The notes under the pieces: model-generated
Database searches by the model: none
What the model saw: the letters and a program-made list of their open reading frames with translations, nothing else
Told to the model about the DNA's origin: nothing
From: an uncultured Oscillospiraceae bacterium
Lineage (GTDB): Bacteria; Bacillota; Clostridia; Oscillospirales; Ruminococcaceae
Assembly (NCBI GenBank): GCA_904396495.1
Contig: CAJFOJ010000034.1
Coordinates: 113-64,112, forward strand
Direction: 5' to 3'
Length of the DNA stretch: 64,000 nucleotides
Position numbers and translations under genes: made by a program
In this document: piece by piece, positions 53,570-63,401 of the stretch
How positions within the stretch are numbered: the stretch's first letter is position 1
Layout: every line of letters starts with the position of its first letter

Positions 53570-55024
53570 ATGAAAACAAATTCTCTAGCACTTAACTCAA
53601 TTTTTAACGTAATGTATCGTGGTATCAACATATTATTTCCGTTGATAACGTCTATGTATGTGTCGCGGATGCTGCTTCCAGAGGGAGTTGGGGCAGTAGC
53701 TGCTGCACAAAACATTGTAAAATATTTTACATATATAGCGGCTTTGGGAATACCGACCTATGGGATTAAAAAAATTGCCGAAGTTAAAAACGATGCCAAA
53801 TCCACTGATAAAATTTTTTCAGAGTTGTTTATCATCAATGGGATATCGTCATTATTGTGCACGGTTGTTTATTATGGGGCTTTCTTGACACAACCATATT
53901 TTGCTGAAGAGAGGGTTCTATATGCCATTACCGGGCTATCCATATTACTTAATACGATTAATGTGGATTGGTATTACCAGGGTAGAGAGCAGTTTCACTA
54001 TATTTTGATTCGCAGCTTTGTGGTAAAAGTCATTGCTCTAATTTTAACTTTTGTTTTAGTCAGAGATGCGAATGACATTAACCAATATGCGGCTATTGTG
54101 GTATTTTCATTGGGGGCTAATTATTTTTTCAATATTTACCACATTCGGAAAACGACAAAGCTTGTTTTCAAGGACCTTCATTTTGTCAAGCATTTAAAAC
54201 CGATTTTCATATTGCTGGCTTCTTCAGTTGCCATTGAGCTTTATACTATGGTCGATACTACCATGCTAAACCTTTCCCAAGGCAAAGATATCGTTGGGTA
54301 TTACTCCAATGCGATGCGTGGCGTCAGTATCATCCGTTCGGTGCTTGTCGCCATTTGCGCCGTTTTTCTGCCGAGGATGAGTTATTATTTTACCAATCAA
54401 CGGTATGATGACTTTAAGAAATTGGTTAACAGAGGACTGCTCATCTTAGTATATTTATCTATTCCCACCGCGGTTGGCTCTATTATGTTGGCTGAGCCGC
54501 TCATTCCTTTGCTTTTTGGAGAGAGTTTTTCACCGGCCATTGTCACAATGCAGATTTTATCCATTTCTATTATTTCTGTGGCTATCAGTAATTTTTTGGG
54601 GACGCAGGTTTTTGTTACGCTGGGAAAAGAAAAACAATTGCTGATTTCAACGGTGATCGGTGCAATTGCCAATATTATTTTGAACTCCTTTTTAATTAGG
54701 TTATATCAGCAAAATGGTGCGGCTGTGGCTTCTGTTATCACGGAAATATTAGTCACAGTATATCAAGTAGTAGTGATTTATAAAAGTGATTTGCTGAGTA
54801 TTAAATGGACTGATATTCTGAAAATGATAGCGGCCAATATTCCCATGGCCTTGATGATTGTGCTGATAAAAAATATGCCAATTCCTTCTCTGCTACAAGT
54901 AGCTTTATCGGTAGCGATTGGCGCAACGATTTATTTTGCCATGACGTATGTATTGAAACTAGAAGCAAGCAGGGAAATGGTAGATTATCTGAAAAAATTT
55001 TTAGGCAGAAAAAGGAAATCTTGA
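53570..55024 (+). CDS. Wzx-type flippase (MOP family)
   Basis: 484 aa, polytopic. N-terminus NSIFNVMYRGINILFPLITSMYVSRML is typical of polysaccharide flippases. Confidence 0.8.
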   Translation: MKTNSLALNSIFNVMYRGINILFPLITSMYVSRMLLPEGVGAVAAAQNIVKYFTYIAALGIPTYGIKKIAEVKNDAKSTDKIFSELFIINGISSLLCTVVYYGAFLTQPYFAEERVLYAITGLSILLNTINVDWYYQGREQFHYILIRSFVVKVIALILTFVLVRDANDINQYAAIVVFSLGANYFFNIYHIRKTTKLVFKDLHFVKHLKPIFILLASSVAIELYTMVDTTMLNLSQGKDIVGYYSNAMRGVSIIRSVLVAICAVFLPRMSYYFTNQRYDDFKKLVNRGLLILVYLSIPTAVGSIMLAEPLIPLLFGESFSPAIVTMQILSISIISVAISNFLGTQVFVTLGKEKQLLISTVIGAIANIILNSFLIRLYQQNGAAVASVITEILVTVYQVVVIYKSDLLSIKWTDILKMIAANIPMALMIVLIKNMPIPSLLQVALSVAIGATIYFAMTYVLKLEASREMVDYLKKFLGRKRKS

Positions 55025-55046
55025 AAGATAAAGGTAAGGGATACTT

Positions 55047-56165
55047 ATGTATGATTTTTTAATAGTCGGTGCAGGCCTCTATGGCGCAGTATTTGCCCAT
55101 GAAGCTAAGAGAGTGGGAAAATCTGTCCTGGTGATTGATCGCCGTCCCAATATTGGAGGGAATGTCTATACTGAGCTGGTGGAAGGAATCCATGTGCATA
55201 AATATGGCGCTCACATTTTTCACACCAACAGTAAGCGGATATGGAATTATGTCAATCAATTTGCAGAATTTAACCGGTTTACTAATTCCCCGGTTGCGAA
55301 TTATAAAGGGGAGTTATATAGCTTGCCTTTTAATATGTATACCTTTAATAAGCTGTGGGGAGTGGTGACGCCGCAAGAAGCCGCAGCGAAGATCGAGGAA
55401 CAGAAAAAGGCGGCGGGAGTTACCAATCCGAAAAATTTAGAAGAACAGGCCATTTCCCTGGTCGGCAGTGATATTTATGAAAAACTGATAAAGGGATACA
55501 CAGAAAAGCAATGGGGGCGTCCTTGCAGTCAGCTTCCGTCATTTATTATCCGCCGTCTTCCGGTGCGTTTGACCTTTGACAACAACTATTTTAATGCGCT
55601 TTATCAGGGCATTCCCATGGGAGGCTATACCCAAATGGTTAAAAATATGCTCGATGGCGTTGAAGTCCACTTGGGCGAAGACTATTTGCAGAAAAAAGCG
55701 GAGTATGACGCAATGGCAGAAAGAGTTGTGTACACCGGGGCGATCGACGCTTACTTTCATTTTAAGATGGGTCCGTTGGAGTACCGTTCGGTACGGTTTG
55801 AAACTGAAATCCTGGATCAACCGAATTTTCAGGGTAATGCGGCGGTGAATTACACCGACGCCGAGACACCCTGGACGCGTATCATCGAGCACAAGTGGTT
55901 TGAGTTTGGGAAGGGGCCGGATGGACAAGATTTGCCTAAAACGGTTATTAGCCGGGAGTACAGCTCTGAGTGGAAGCCTGGAGACGAACCCTATTATCCC
56001 GTAAACGATGAGAAAAACAGCGCCTTGTACAGCGCATATAAAGAGTTGGCCAACCAGGAAACAAAGGTCATTTTTGGAGGCAGGCTAGGAGAATACAGGT
56101 ACTACGATATGGATCAGGTGATCGCCTCTGCATTGGCTATGGCTAACCGGTTATTCGGCGAATAG
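55047..56165 (+). CDS. glf: UDP-galactopyranose mutase
   Basis: YDFLIVGAGLYGAVFA FAD motif, GAHIFHT, IEHKWFEF, YYPVND and GRLGEYRYYDMD across the full length. Confidence 0.9.
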   Translation: MYDFLIVGAGLYGAVFAHEAKRVGKSVLVIDRRPNIGGNVYTELVEGIHVHKYGAHIFHTNSKRIWNYVNQFAEFNRFTNSPVANYKGELYSLPFNMYTFNKLWGVVTPQEAAAKIEEQKKAAGVTNPKNLEEQAISLVGSDIYEKLIKGYTEKQWGRPCSQLPSFIIRRLPVRLTFDNNYFNALYQGIPMGGYTQMVKNMLDGVEVHLGEDYLQKKAEYDAMAERVVYTGAIDAYFHFKMGPLEYRSVRFETEILDQPNFQGNAAVNYTDAETPWTRIIEHKWFEFGKGPDGQDLPKTVISREYSSEWKPGDEPYYPVNDEKNSALYSAYKELANQETKVIFGGRLGEYRYYDMDQVIASALAMANRLFGE

Positions 56166-56178
56166 GGTAGGTGCTGGT

Positions 56179-56715
56179 ATGAAAGGTTGTAAAAAAATAA
56201 AAATAGGACTTGGAAGATTTTTATACGGTACTTTAGGTAATTTGTTCTTTTTCTGCTCGCCCTTTCCGGGATGGAGAATTGGAAGAAAAATAAGAAGGTG
56301 GTGTGTAAAGCGTATCCTTGATAAATGTGGCGAAAAAGTGAATATCGAGGATCACGCTATGTTTTCTTCAAAAATGTCGCTCGGGGATCGCTCCAGTATC
56401 GGAAAACGCTGCCATATTCAGGGGCGTGTTGTCATTGGCGACGATGTAATGATGGGGCCGGATGTAAAAATATTTACGACGAATCATCAGTATGACGATA
56501 TTGCGATACCGATGAATCAACAAGGCAATCAGATGGAAAAAATCGTCACAATTGACGACGATGTGTGGATTGGTGCCAATGTTATCATTCTACCTGGCGT
56601 TCATGTCAAAAAAGGTGCGATACTCGGAGCGGGTAGCGTCATTAGGAGAAATGTTGAGGAATACGCTATTGTTATGGGGAATCCAGCGGAAGTTGTTAAA
56701 TATAGAAATCAGTAA
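56179..56715 (+). CDS. Hexapeptide-repeat O-acetyltransferase (WbbJ/MAT-like)
   Basis: Hexapeptide run IGDDVMMGPDVKI...IDDDVWIGANVIILPGVHVKKGAILGAGSVI. Confidence 0.75.
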   Translation: MKGCKKIKIGLGRFLYGTLGNLFFFCSPFPGWRIGRKIRRWCVKRILDKCGEKVNIEDHAMFSSKMSLGDRSSIGKRCHIQGRVVIGDDVMMGPDVKIFTTNHQYDDIAIPMNQQGNQMEKIVTIDDDVWIGANVIILPGVHVKKGAILGAGSVIRRNVEEYAIVMGNPAEVVKYRNQ

Positions 56716-56826
56716 GGCGTTCAAGCATTTTGGGGTGGTAGGCATGATGAGAAAAATATCCACTAATCGGTGTAGGTTCTGTCCAGACCATCTACCAGTA
56801 TTTTAATGAGACAGAGGGAATGAAAG

Positions 56827-57933
56827 ATGAAAAAAGTTATGCTTGTTTTCGGGACAAGGCCAGAGGCCATTAAAATGTGCCCTTTAGTCAATGAATTAAA
56901 GTCCCGCAAAAATCTGGAAACGGTGGTTTGCGTGACTGGACAGCACCGCCAGATGCTGGATCAGGTACTGGGGGCTTTTGGTGTTGTACCGGATTACGAT
57001 CTATCGATTATGAGGGAAAGACAGACATTGTTTGATGTGACAACCAATATCTTGGAGCGAATCAAGGGGGTACTGGAACAGGCAAAGCCGGAAGTTGTTC
57101 TTGTTCATGGGGATACCTCTACCACTTTTGTGACCGCACTCGCCTGTTTTTATTTGCAAATCCCTGTCGGCCATGTGGAGGCAGGGCTCAGGACTTACAA
57201 TATTTATTCTCCCTATCCGGAAGAGTTTAACCGCCAAGCTGTGGGAATTATTTCTCAGTATAACTTTGCGCCTACAGAGATGTCAAGGGATAACCTTTTG
57301 CGAGAGGGGAAGAGGCCAGACAGTATCTATGTGACAGGTAATACTGCTATTGATGCTTTGAAAACCACGGTGCGGGAGGACTATTCTCATCCGGAACTGG
57401 TTTGGGCGGAGAACAGCAGGCTCATCATGATTACCGCCCATCGACGCGAGAATTTAGGGGAACCGATGCACCAAATGTTTCGGGCAATTCGCCGGATTCT
57501 GGAAGAACACGAGGATGTGAAAGCGATTTACCCTATTCATATGAATCCAGTGGTTCGGCAGACCGCCGGGGAGGAATTGGGAAATTGCGACCGAATTCAT
57601 ATCATTGAACCGCTTGATGTCCTTGATTTTCACAATTTTTTGTCGAGGAGTTATTTAATTTTAACTGACAGCGGTGGCATTCAAGAAGAGGCGCCTTCGT
57701 TAGGTAAACCGGTACTAGTTATGCGAGATACGACCGAAAGACCAGAGGGAATTGAGGCTGGTACGCTCAAATTGGTCGGGACAAAGGAAGAAGTCATCTA
57801 CCGAAACTTTAAAGAACTCTTGGAAAAAGAGGATGCTTATCACGCAATGGCGCACGCCGCCAATCCATATGGAGATGGATTGGCTTGTAAGCGGATTGCG
57901 GATATTTTGGAGGTAGGACATGTCACTTTTTAA
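56827..57933 (+). CDS. wecB: UDP-N-acetylglucosamine 2-epimerase (non-hydrolysing)
   Basis: VFGTRPEAIKM, HGDTSTT, HVEAGLRT and LTDSGGIQEEAPSLGKPVLVMR. Confidence 0.9.
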   Translation: MKKVMLVFGTRPEAIKMCPLVNELKSRKNLETVVCVTGQHRQMLDQVLGAFGVVPDYDLSIMRERQTLFDVTTNILERIKGVLEQAKPEVVLVHGDTSTTFVTALACFYLQIPVGHVEAGLRTYNIYSPYPEEFNRQAVGIISQYNFAPTEMSRDNLLREGKRPDSIYVTGNTAIDALKTTVREDYSHPELVWAENSRLIMITAHRRENLGEPMHQMFRAIRRILEEHEDVKAIYPIHMNPVVRQTAGEELGNCDRIHIIEPLDVLDFHNFLSRSYLILTDSGGIQEEAPSLGKPVLVMRDTTERPEGIEAGTLKLVGTKEEVIYRNFKELLEKEDAYHAMAHAANPYGDGLACKRIADILEVGHVTF

Positions 57934-58966
57934 AAGCCGAACCCTTATGATAACAGGCGGGACAGGCTCCTTTGGAAATGCCGTGTTAAACCGTTTTTTG
58001 GCGACGGATATTCGGGAAATACGGGTTTTTTCCAGAGATGAGAAAAAGCAGGATGACATGCGCCACGAATTTCAGGCAAGGATGCCGGAAGTGGCGGATA
58101 AAATTGCCTTTTACATTGGCGATGTGCGGGATTTGGCGTCGGTGAAAAACGCCATGCACGGCGTCGATTACATCTTCCATGCAGCTGCTTTAAAGCAGGT
58201 CCCCTCCTGTGAGTTCTTTCCCATTGAGGCGGTGAAGACCAATGTCCTGGGCACCGAAAATGTGCTGACCGCTGCCATTGAGGAGGGGGTAAAGTCGGTC
58301 ATTTGCCTTTCCACCGATAAGGCTGCTTACCCGGTTAACGCCATGGGCACGTCTAAGGCGATGATGGAAAAAGTCATTGTCGCCAAATCCCGCACCGTGA
58401 AACCGGAGCGGACGAAAATCTGCTGTACCCGGTACGGGAACGTTATGTGTTCCAGAGGGTCGGTGATCCCCCTGTGGATTGACCAAATCAAGGCGGGAAA
58501 TCCTATCACCATCACAGAGCCTTCGATGACCAGGTTCATCATGTCATTAGAGGAGGCGGTGGATTTGGTGCTCTTTGCCTTTGAAAAAGGGGTCAGCGGA
58601 GATATTCTCGTACAGAAGGCTCCCGCCTGTACCATTGAAACCTTGGCCAAAGCGGTAACGGGCCTCTTCCAGCCGGAGCATCCCATTAAGGTCATCGGCA
58701 TCCGCCACGGCGAGAAGATGTTTGAAACGCTGCTCACCAATGAAGAGTGCGCCAACGCCATAGATTTGGGGAGCTTTTACCGGGTTCCCTGCGACAAGAG
58801 GGATCTCAATTACGATAAATACTTTAAGGAGGGGGATACCAAACGAAACCCCTTGACGGAGTTTAACAGCAACAACACCGAGCTGTTAAATGTAGAGCAG
58901 GTGAAAGAAAAGCTGATGGCTTTGCAGTATATCCGCGACGAACTGGCCGCGTGGGAGAACCGATAG
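57920..58966 (+). CDS. fnlA: UDP-GlcNAc 4,6-dehydratase/5-epimerase (CapE/WbjB/FnlA type)
   Basis: ITGGTGSFGNAVLNRFL, IFSRDEKKQDDMR, HAAALKQVPSCEFFP, STDKAAYPVNAMGTSKAMMEK; collinear with staphylococcal CapE as I recall it. Confidence 0.9.
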   Translation: MSLFKSRTLMITGGTGSFGNAVLNRFLATDIREIRVFSRDEKKQDDMRHEFQARMPEVADKIAFYIGDVRDLASVKNAMHGVDYIFHAAALKQVPSCEFFPIEAVKTNVLGTENVLTAAIEEGVKSVICLSTDKAAYPVNAMGTSKAMMEKVIVAKSRTVKPERTKICCTRYGNVMCSRGSVIPLWIDQIKAGNPITITEPSMTRFIMSLEEAVDLVLFAFEKGVSGDILVQKAPACTIETLAKAVTGLFQPEHPIKVIGIRHGEKMFETLLTNEECANAIDLGSFYRVPCDKRDLNYDKYFKEGDTKRNPLTEFNSNNTELLNVEQVKEKLMALQYIRDELAAWENR

Positions 58967-58979
58967 GGCAGGGAAAAAG

Positions 58980-60209
58980 ATGAAAATATTAGTAACTGGC
59001 GCCAACGGCTTTGTGGGGAGAAACTTGGTTTCCTCCCTTCAAAATATCATGGACGGAAAGGACAGGACACGTCCGGAACTACACATAGGAGAAATTTTAT
59101 GCTATGATGTGGACACCGGGGTGGAGAAACTGGACAATTTTTGCAAAAACGCGGATTTTGTCTTCCACTTGGCGGGAGTGAACCGTCCAAAAGAGCAATC
59201 GGAATTTATGGCGGGCAACTTTGGCTTTAGTTCCCTGCTGTTGGATACCTTAAAGAAGCAGCAAAACCGTTGCCCGGTTATGCTGGCCTCCTCCATCCAG
59301 GCCACTTTGCTAGGGCGTTATGCCGAGAGCGGGTATGGCAAGAGCAAGCTTGCAGGGGAAGAACTGTTTTGGGATTATCAGAAGCAAACTGGGGCAAAGG
59401 TGCTTGTTTACCGATTCCCGAATCTCTTTGGGAAATGGTGCAGACCCAACTATAATTCGGTTGTCGCCACATTCTGCCACAATATCGCCAATGATTTGCC
59501 GATTACAGTGAACGATCCTGCAGTAGAGTTGGAGTTGTTGTACATCGATGACCTGGTTGACGAGATGCTGGATGCACTGGAAGGGAAAGAACACCGCTGC
59601 GAGTTTGACGGGGTACAGGCTGTGGGACAGACGGATGGGAGGTATTGTTACGCGCCGGTGACCCACCATGTGGCATTGGGAGAAATCGCAGAGATGTTGG
59701 GGCGATTTCACGACCAGCCGAATACCCTTTTGATGCCGGAAATCCCCAGTGGCTCTTTTCAAAAAAAGTTGTATTCCACCTATCTTTCCTATCTCCCCAA
59801 AGAGAAGGTGAAGGTTCCCCTTAAAATGAACCGGGATGACCGGGGAAGCTTTACTGAACTCTTAAAAACGAAAAATTGCGGGCAGTTTTCGGTGAATATC
59901 AGCGAGCCTGGCATCACAAAGGGGCAGCATTGGCACCACAGCAAATGGGAATTTTTCATTGTGGTTTCGGGCCGGGCGCTGATCCAGCAGCGGAAGATTG
60001 GCACAGATGAGGTGTTAAATTTTGAAGTGTCGGGCGATTCAATAGAAGCGGTCCACATGTTGCCAGGATATACCCACAACATTATAAACCTGTCCCAGAC
60101 GGAAAAATTGGTAACAGTGATGTGGGCAAATGAACAGTTTGACCCCAATCACCCGGATACCTATTATGAACCGGTGGAGGAAAGAAAAAGAAATGGAAAT
60201 GAAGATTGA
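58980..60209 (+). CDS. fnlB: CapF/WbjC/FnlB-type bifunctional epimerase/reductase (SDR + cupin)
   Basis: VTGANGFVGRNL, FGKWCRPNYNSVVATFCHNIA; C-terminal cupin DDRGSFTEL...GITKGQHWHH. Confidence 0.9.
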   Translation: MKILVTGANGFVGRNLVSSLQNIMDGKDRTRPELHIGEILCYDVDTGVEKLDNFCKNADFVFHLAGVNRPKEQSEFMAGNFGFSSLLLDTLKKQQNRCPVMLASSIQATLLGRYAESGYGKSKLAGEELFWDYQKQTGAKVLVYRFPNLFGKWCRPNYNSVVATFCHNIANDLPITVNDPAVELELLYIDDLVDEMLDALEGKEHRCEFDGVQAVGQTDGRYCYAPVTHHVALGEIAEMLGRFHDQPNTLLMPEIPSGSFQKKLYSTYLSYLPKEKVKVPLKMNRDDRGSFTELLKTKNCGQFSVNISEPGITKGQHWHHSKWEFFIVVSGRALIQQRKIGTDEVLNFEVSGDSIEAVHMLPGYTHNIINLSQTEKLVTVMWANEQFDPNHPDTYYEPVEERKRNGNED

Positions 60210-61377
60210 TTATTCCGATGTGAGGTTTCAGCAAAATGGCAAGCTGAAGCTGCTGATTATTGTTGGGACCCGGCCGGAGATCATCCGGCTGAGCGCGGTG
60301 ATCAAAAAATGCCGGGAATACTTTGACTGTATTTTAGCGCATACCGGCCAAAATTACGACTACAATCTCAACGGGATCTTTTTTCGGGACCTAAAGCTAA
60401 GGGAGCCGGAGGTGTATATGGACGCTGTGGGGGACGATTTGGGCGCCACTATCGGCAACATCGTCAATTGCTCCTATAAGCTGATGAATGCGGTTAAGCC
60501 GGACGCCCTTTTGATTTTGGGGGACACCAATTCCTGTTTGTCGGCCATTGCGGCGAAGCGGCTGCATATCCCGATTTTCCACATGGAGGCGGGAAATCGC
60601 TGCAAGGATGAGTGCCTGCCCGAAGAGACCAACAGGCGGATTGTGGACATTATTTCCGATGTGAACCTGGCCTATTCTGAGCATGCGCGGAAATACCTGC
60701 ATGAGTGCGGCCTTCCAAAAGAACGGGTTTATGTAACTGGTTCCCCCATGGCGGAGGTGCTCCATCAGAACCTTGAAGAGATCGAGAAATCCGATATTTT
60801 AAACCGGCTGGGGTTAAAATCCAGAAAGTATATCCTCTTGTCTGCCCATCGAGAGGAAAATATTGACAGTGAGAAAAACTTCCTTTCTTTGTTTAACGCC
60901 ATTAATAAAATGGCTGAGAAGTACGATATGCCGGTCCTTTACTCCTGCCATCCCAGAAGTAAAAAGAGGCTGGAAACGTCGGGATTCTCACTGGATAAGC
61001 GGGTGATTCAGCATGAGCCTTTGGGCTTTCACGACTATAACCACTTGCAGATGAACGCCTTTGCGGTGGTGTCTGATTCTGGGACGCTGCCGGAGGAGAG
61101 CAGTTTCTTTACCTCTCAGAGGCACCCGTTCCCGGCAGTGTGTATCAGGACCTCCACAGAGCGTCCGGAGGCGCTGGACAAGGGGTGTTTTGTGCTGGCA
61201 GGCATCGACGAAAAGTCGCTTTTGCAGGCGGTGGACACCGCTGTGGGAATGAACCTCAACGGGGATTACGGCATCCCGGTGCCGGATTACTTAGATGAAA
61301 ACGTCAGTGTAAAAGTGGTCAAGATCATTCAGAGCTACACCGGGATTGTGGATAAAATGGTGTGGAGGAAGGGTTAA
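60193..61377 (+). CDS. fnlC: CapG/WbjD/FnlC-type UDP-2-acetamido-2,6-dideoxy-hexose 2-epimerase
   Basis: IVGTRPEIIRL, LGDTNS, HMEAGNRC and VSDSGTLPEES. Internal ATG chosen so the overlap with fnlB is only 17 nt. Confidence 0.85.
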   Translation: MEMKIDYSDVRFQQNGKLKLLIIVGTRPEIIRLSAVIKKCREYFDCILAHTGQNYDYNLNGIFFRDLKLREPEVYMDAVGDDLGATIGNIVNCSYKLMNAVKPDALLILGDTNSCLSAIAAKRLHIPIFHMEAGNRCKDECLPEETNRRIVDIISDVNLAYSEHARKYLHECGLPKERVYVTGSPMAEVLHQNLEEIEKSDILNRLGLKSRKYILLSAHREENIDSEKNFLSLFNAINKMAEKYDMPVLYSCHPRSKKRLETSGFSLDKRVIQHEPLGFHDYNHLQMNAFAVVSDSGTLPEESSFFTSQRHPFPAVCIRTSTERPEALDKGCFVLAGIDEKSLLQAVDTAVGMNLNGDYGIPVPDYLDENVSVKVVKIIQSYTGIVDKMVWRKG

Positions 61378-61384
61378 GATTATA

Positions 61385-61861
61385 GTGCGGGATGGAAAAT
61401 TAAAAAAATACAGCACCATTTTTCTTGTCCTTCTTCTTGGTTTGACGTTGGCCTTTATCTTTTCAAATTCGATGGAAAGTGCGGTGGAATCTCAAAAGAA
61501 AAGCGAGACTGTTCTGGAACGGGTTTGGATTTTGTTGGAATTTGTGGTTGGAAAAGGCAATGTTACCGACCATTTGGTTCGAAAATTAGCGCACTTTACT
61601 GAATTTTTTGTGCTGGGCCTGGAGTTATCTGCCCTGTCTTTCCTTCACTATTCATTAAAGCGGTCCATATATTTTTCCCTCAGTTTGCCGCTTTTTTGTG
61701 GTTTGCTCGCCGCCTTGACGGATGAAACCATTCAAATCTGGTATGCACGGGGCTCACAGGTTCTGGATGTGTGGCTGGACTTTGCAGGCATTTGTGTGGG
61801 AGTAGGCATTGTCTTTGTGGTGTGGCAGGTTTTAAAGCGAAGATGGAAACACAAATGTTAA
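61385..61861 (+). CDS. VanZ-like membrane protein
   Basis: Four TM segments. LVRKLAHFTEFFVLGL and DETIQ motifs typical of the VanZ family. GTG start is tentative. Confidence 0.6.
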   Translation: MRDGKLKKYSTIFLVLLLGLTLAFIFSNSMESAVESQKKSETVLERVWILLEFVVGKGNVTDHLVRKLAHFTEFFVLGLELSALSFLHYSLKRSIYFSLSLPLFCGLLAALTDETIQIWYARGSQVLDVWLDFAGICVGVGIVFVVWQVLKRRWKHKC

Positions 61862-62001
61862 CGAAAATTTGCTGCACGGCTGCTTTTTCTTTGCGGATTG
61901 ATGGGAATGTATGGTGGTATGCAGCCCCTTTATGGATTTTCTTCAGGCGACATATATGTAAAAATTGGGAGAAATATAGTAATATTTTTTACAATTAAAT
62001 A

Positions 62002-62030
62002 GTGACAGATGTTTTATTTTATGGTATAAT
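62002..62030 (+). promoter_or_regulatory. Promoter P1: GTGACA, 17-nt spacer, TATAAT with extended -10 TG
   Basis: GTGACA (62002-62007) and TGGTATAAT (62022-62030). Confidence 0.5.
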
Positions 62031-62167
62031 ATCCACAACTGATATACAAAGTGTGTCAGCGCTTTTAGCTCAAGTTTTTTGTGGGTGATTATTTTCCACA
62101 ATCAAAGCGGTTAAAGTCATTTTATATCGCTCATTGCGGTGTACAAGCCCAAAGGGGTTTGCATATA

Positions 62168-62176
62168 TGGTATAAT
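62168..62176 (+). promoter_or_regulatory. Promoter P2: second extended -10 element TGGTATAAT upstream of galU
   Basis: The 12-mer TATGGTATAATA is identical to that of P1. No clear -35. Confidence 0.4.
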
Positions 62177-62269
62177 AAAAGGTTCCGCTGTGTGTATCTG
62201 CTCTTATTCGACTTTTTTCTCGTTATTTACATTGTATGATAAGTTAAGGATATAAAAGGAGAGTATTTG

Positions 62270-63142
62270 ATGAAAATAAAAAAAGCGGTTATCCCGGCCG
62301 CTGGACTTGGCACAAGGGTACTTCCCGCAACTAAAGCCATGCCCAAGGAAATGCTTACCATTGTGGACAAGCCGGCAATCCAGTACATCGTCGAGGAGGC
62401 GGTTAACAGCGGCATTGAGGATATCTGTATCATCCTAAGCCGTGGAAAACATGTGATAGAGGATCATTTCGACCGCACTCCTGAACTGGAAGAAAAGCTT
62501 TTGAGCAGCGGCAAACAGGAGCTTTATGAAGAAGTGCTGAGAATTGCCAACTTGGCGAATATCACTTATGTAAGGCAGCAGGAGCCTAAAGGGCTGGGGC
62601 ACGCTGTCCTCTGTGCAAAGCCTTTTGTGGGGGATGAACCTTTTGCAGTGCTTTATGGTGACGATGTCATTATGGGTGAGATTCCCACCTGCAAGCAACT
62701 TGTCGACCAGTACGAGAAATACACCCTTGGCTGTGTGGCGATGAAGGAGGTACCATTTGAACAGGTGACAAAGTATTCCTCTCTGAAAGTGGAAAATCTT
62801 TGTGACAATGTTTATAGAGTCACCGATATGGTGGAAAAACCCTCTACACCGGATCAGGCTTTTTCTAATTTCTCTATTTTAGGGCGCTGTGTGCTGCCGC
62901 CGGAGATTTTTGGTTTATTAGAGACCCTTCCCACTGGAGCGGGTGGTGAATATCAGCTCACCGATGCCATGAAAATCCTAGCTCAGACCCAGGGGATGAT
63001 CGGGGTGGACTTTGTTGGAACCCGTTATGACATGGGGAATAAGCTGGGTATCATGCAGGCAGCGGTTGAAACAGCATTAAATCATCCGGAAATTGGTGGA
63101 AATTTTAAAAAATACTTGAAAGATATCGCAAATCGTATATAA
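62270..63142 (+). CDS. galU: UTP--glucose-1-phosphate uridylyltransferase
   Basis: KAVIPAAGLGTRVLPATKAMPKEMLTIVDKPAIQYIVEEA, GLGHAV and YGDD. ATG lies 6-7 nt after AAGGAGAG. Confidence 0.9.
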   Translation: MKIKKAVIPAAGLGTRVLPATKAMPKEMLTIVDKPAIQYIVEEAVNSGIEDICIILSRGKHVIEDHFDRTPELEEKLLSSGKQELYEEVLRIANLANITYVRQQEPKGLGHAVLCAKPFVGDEPFAVLYGDDVIMGEIPTCKQLVDQYEKYTLGCVAMKEVPFEQVTKYSSLKVENLCDNVYRVTDMVEKPSTPDQAFSNFSILGRCVLPPEIFGLLETLPTGAGGEYQLTDAMKILAQTQGMIGVDFVGTRYDMGNKLGIMQAAVETALNHPEIGGNFKKYLKDIANRI

Positions 63143-63401
63143 TAGATATATAGTAGGTGTACTGAGGTTATTTTCTGCTCCCCATGCGGAAGCAGCAACC
63201 CCACATAAGTCCAAAATAAAATGCGAGTAAAGCGGTTATCACATATCCCATGGCAAGGCCGTTCCTTTCAGGTTTATTTTGGTTTATGGCTGATAGTTTT
63301 AGTATGCCCCGTTAATAGATGCTTTTTGCATTGGAAAAATTATTGTTTGTTTTGCTTGCAAAAGTTTAAACAATAGAGAAAGACCTACAGGGAGGTAAAT
63401 T

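Noticed and set aside
60130-60192. N-terminal extension of the fnlC-like ORF
   Set aside because: It overlaps 80 nt of the fnlB-like gene. The internal ATG at 60193 follows GGAGGA and gives a family-typical start.
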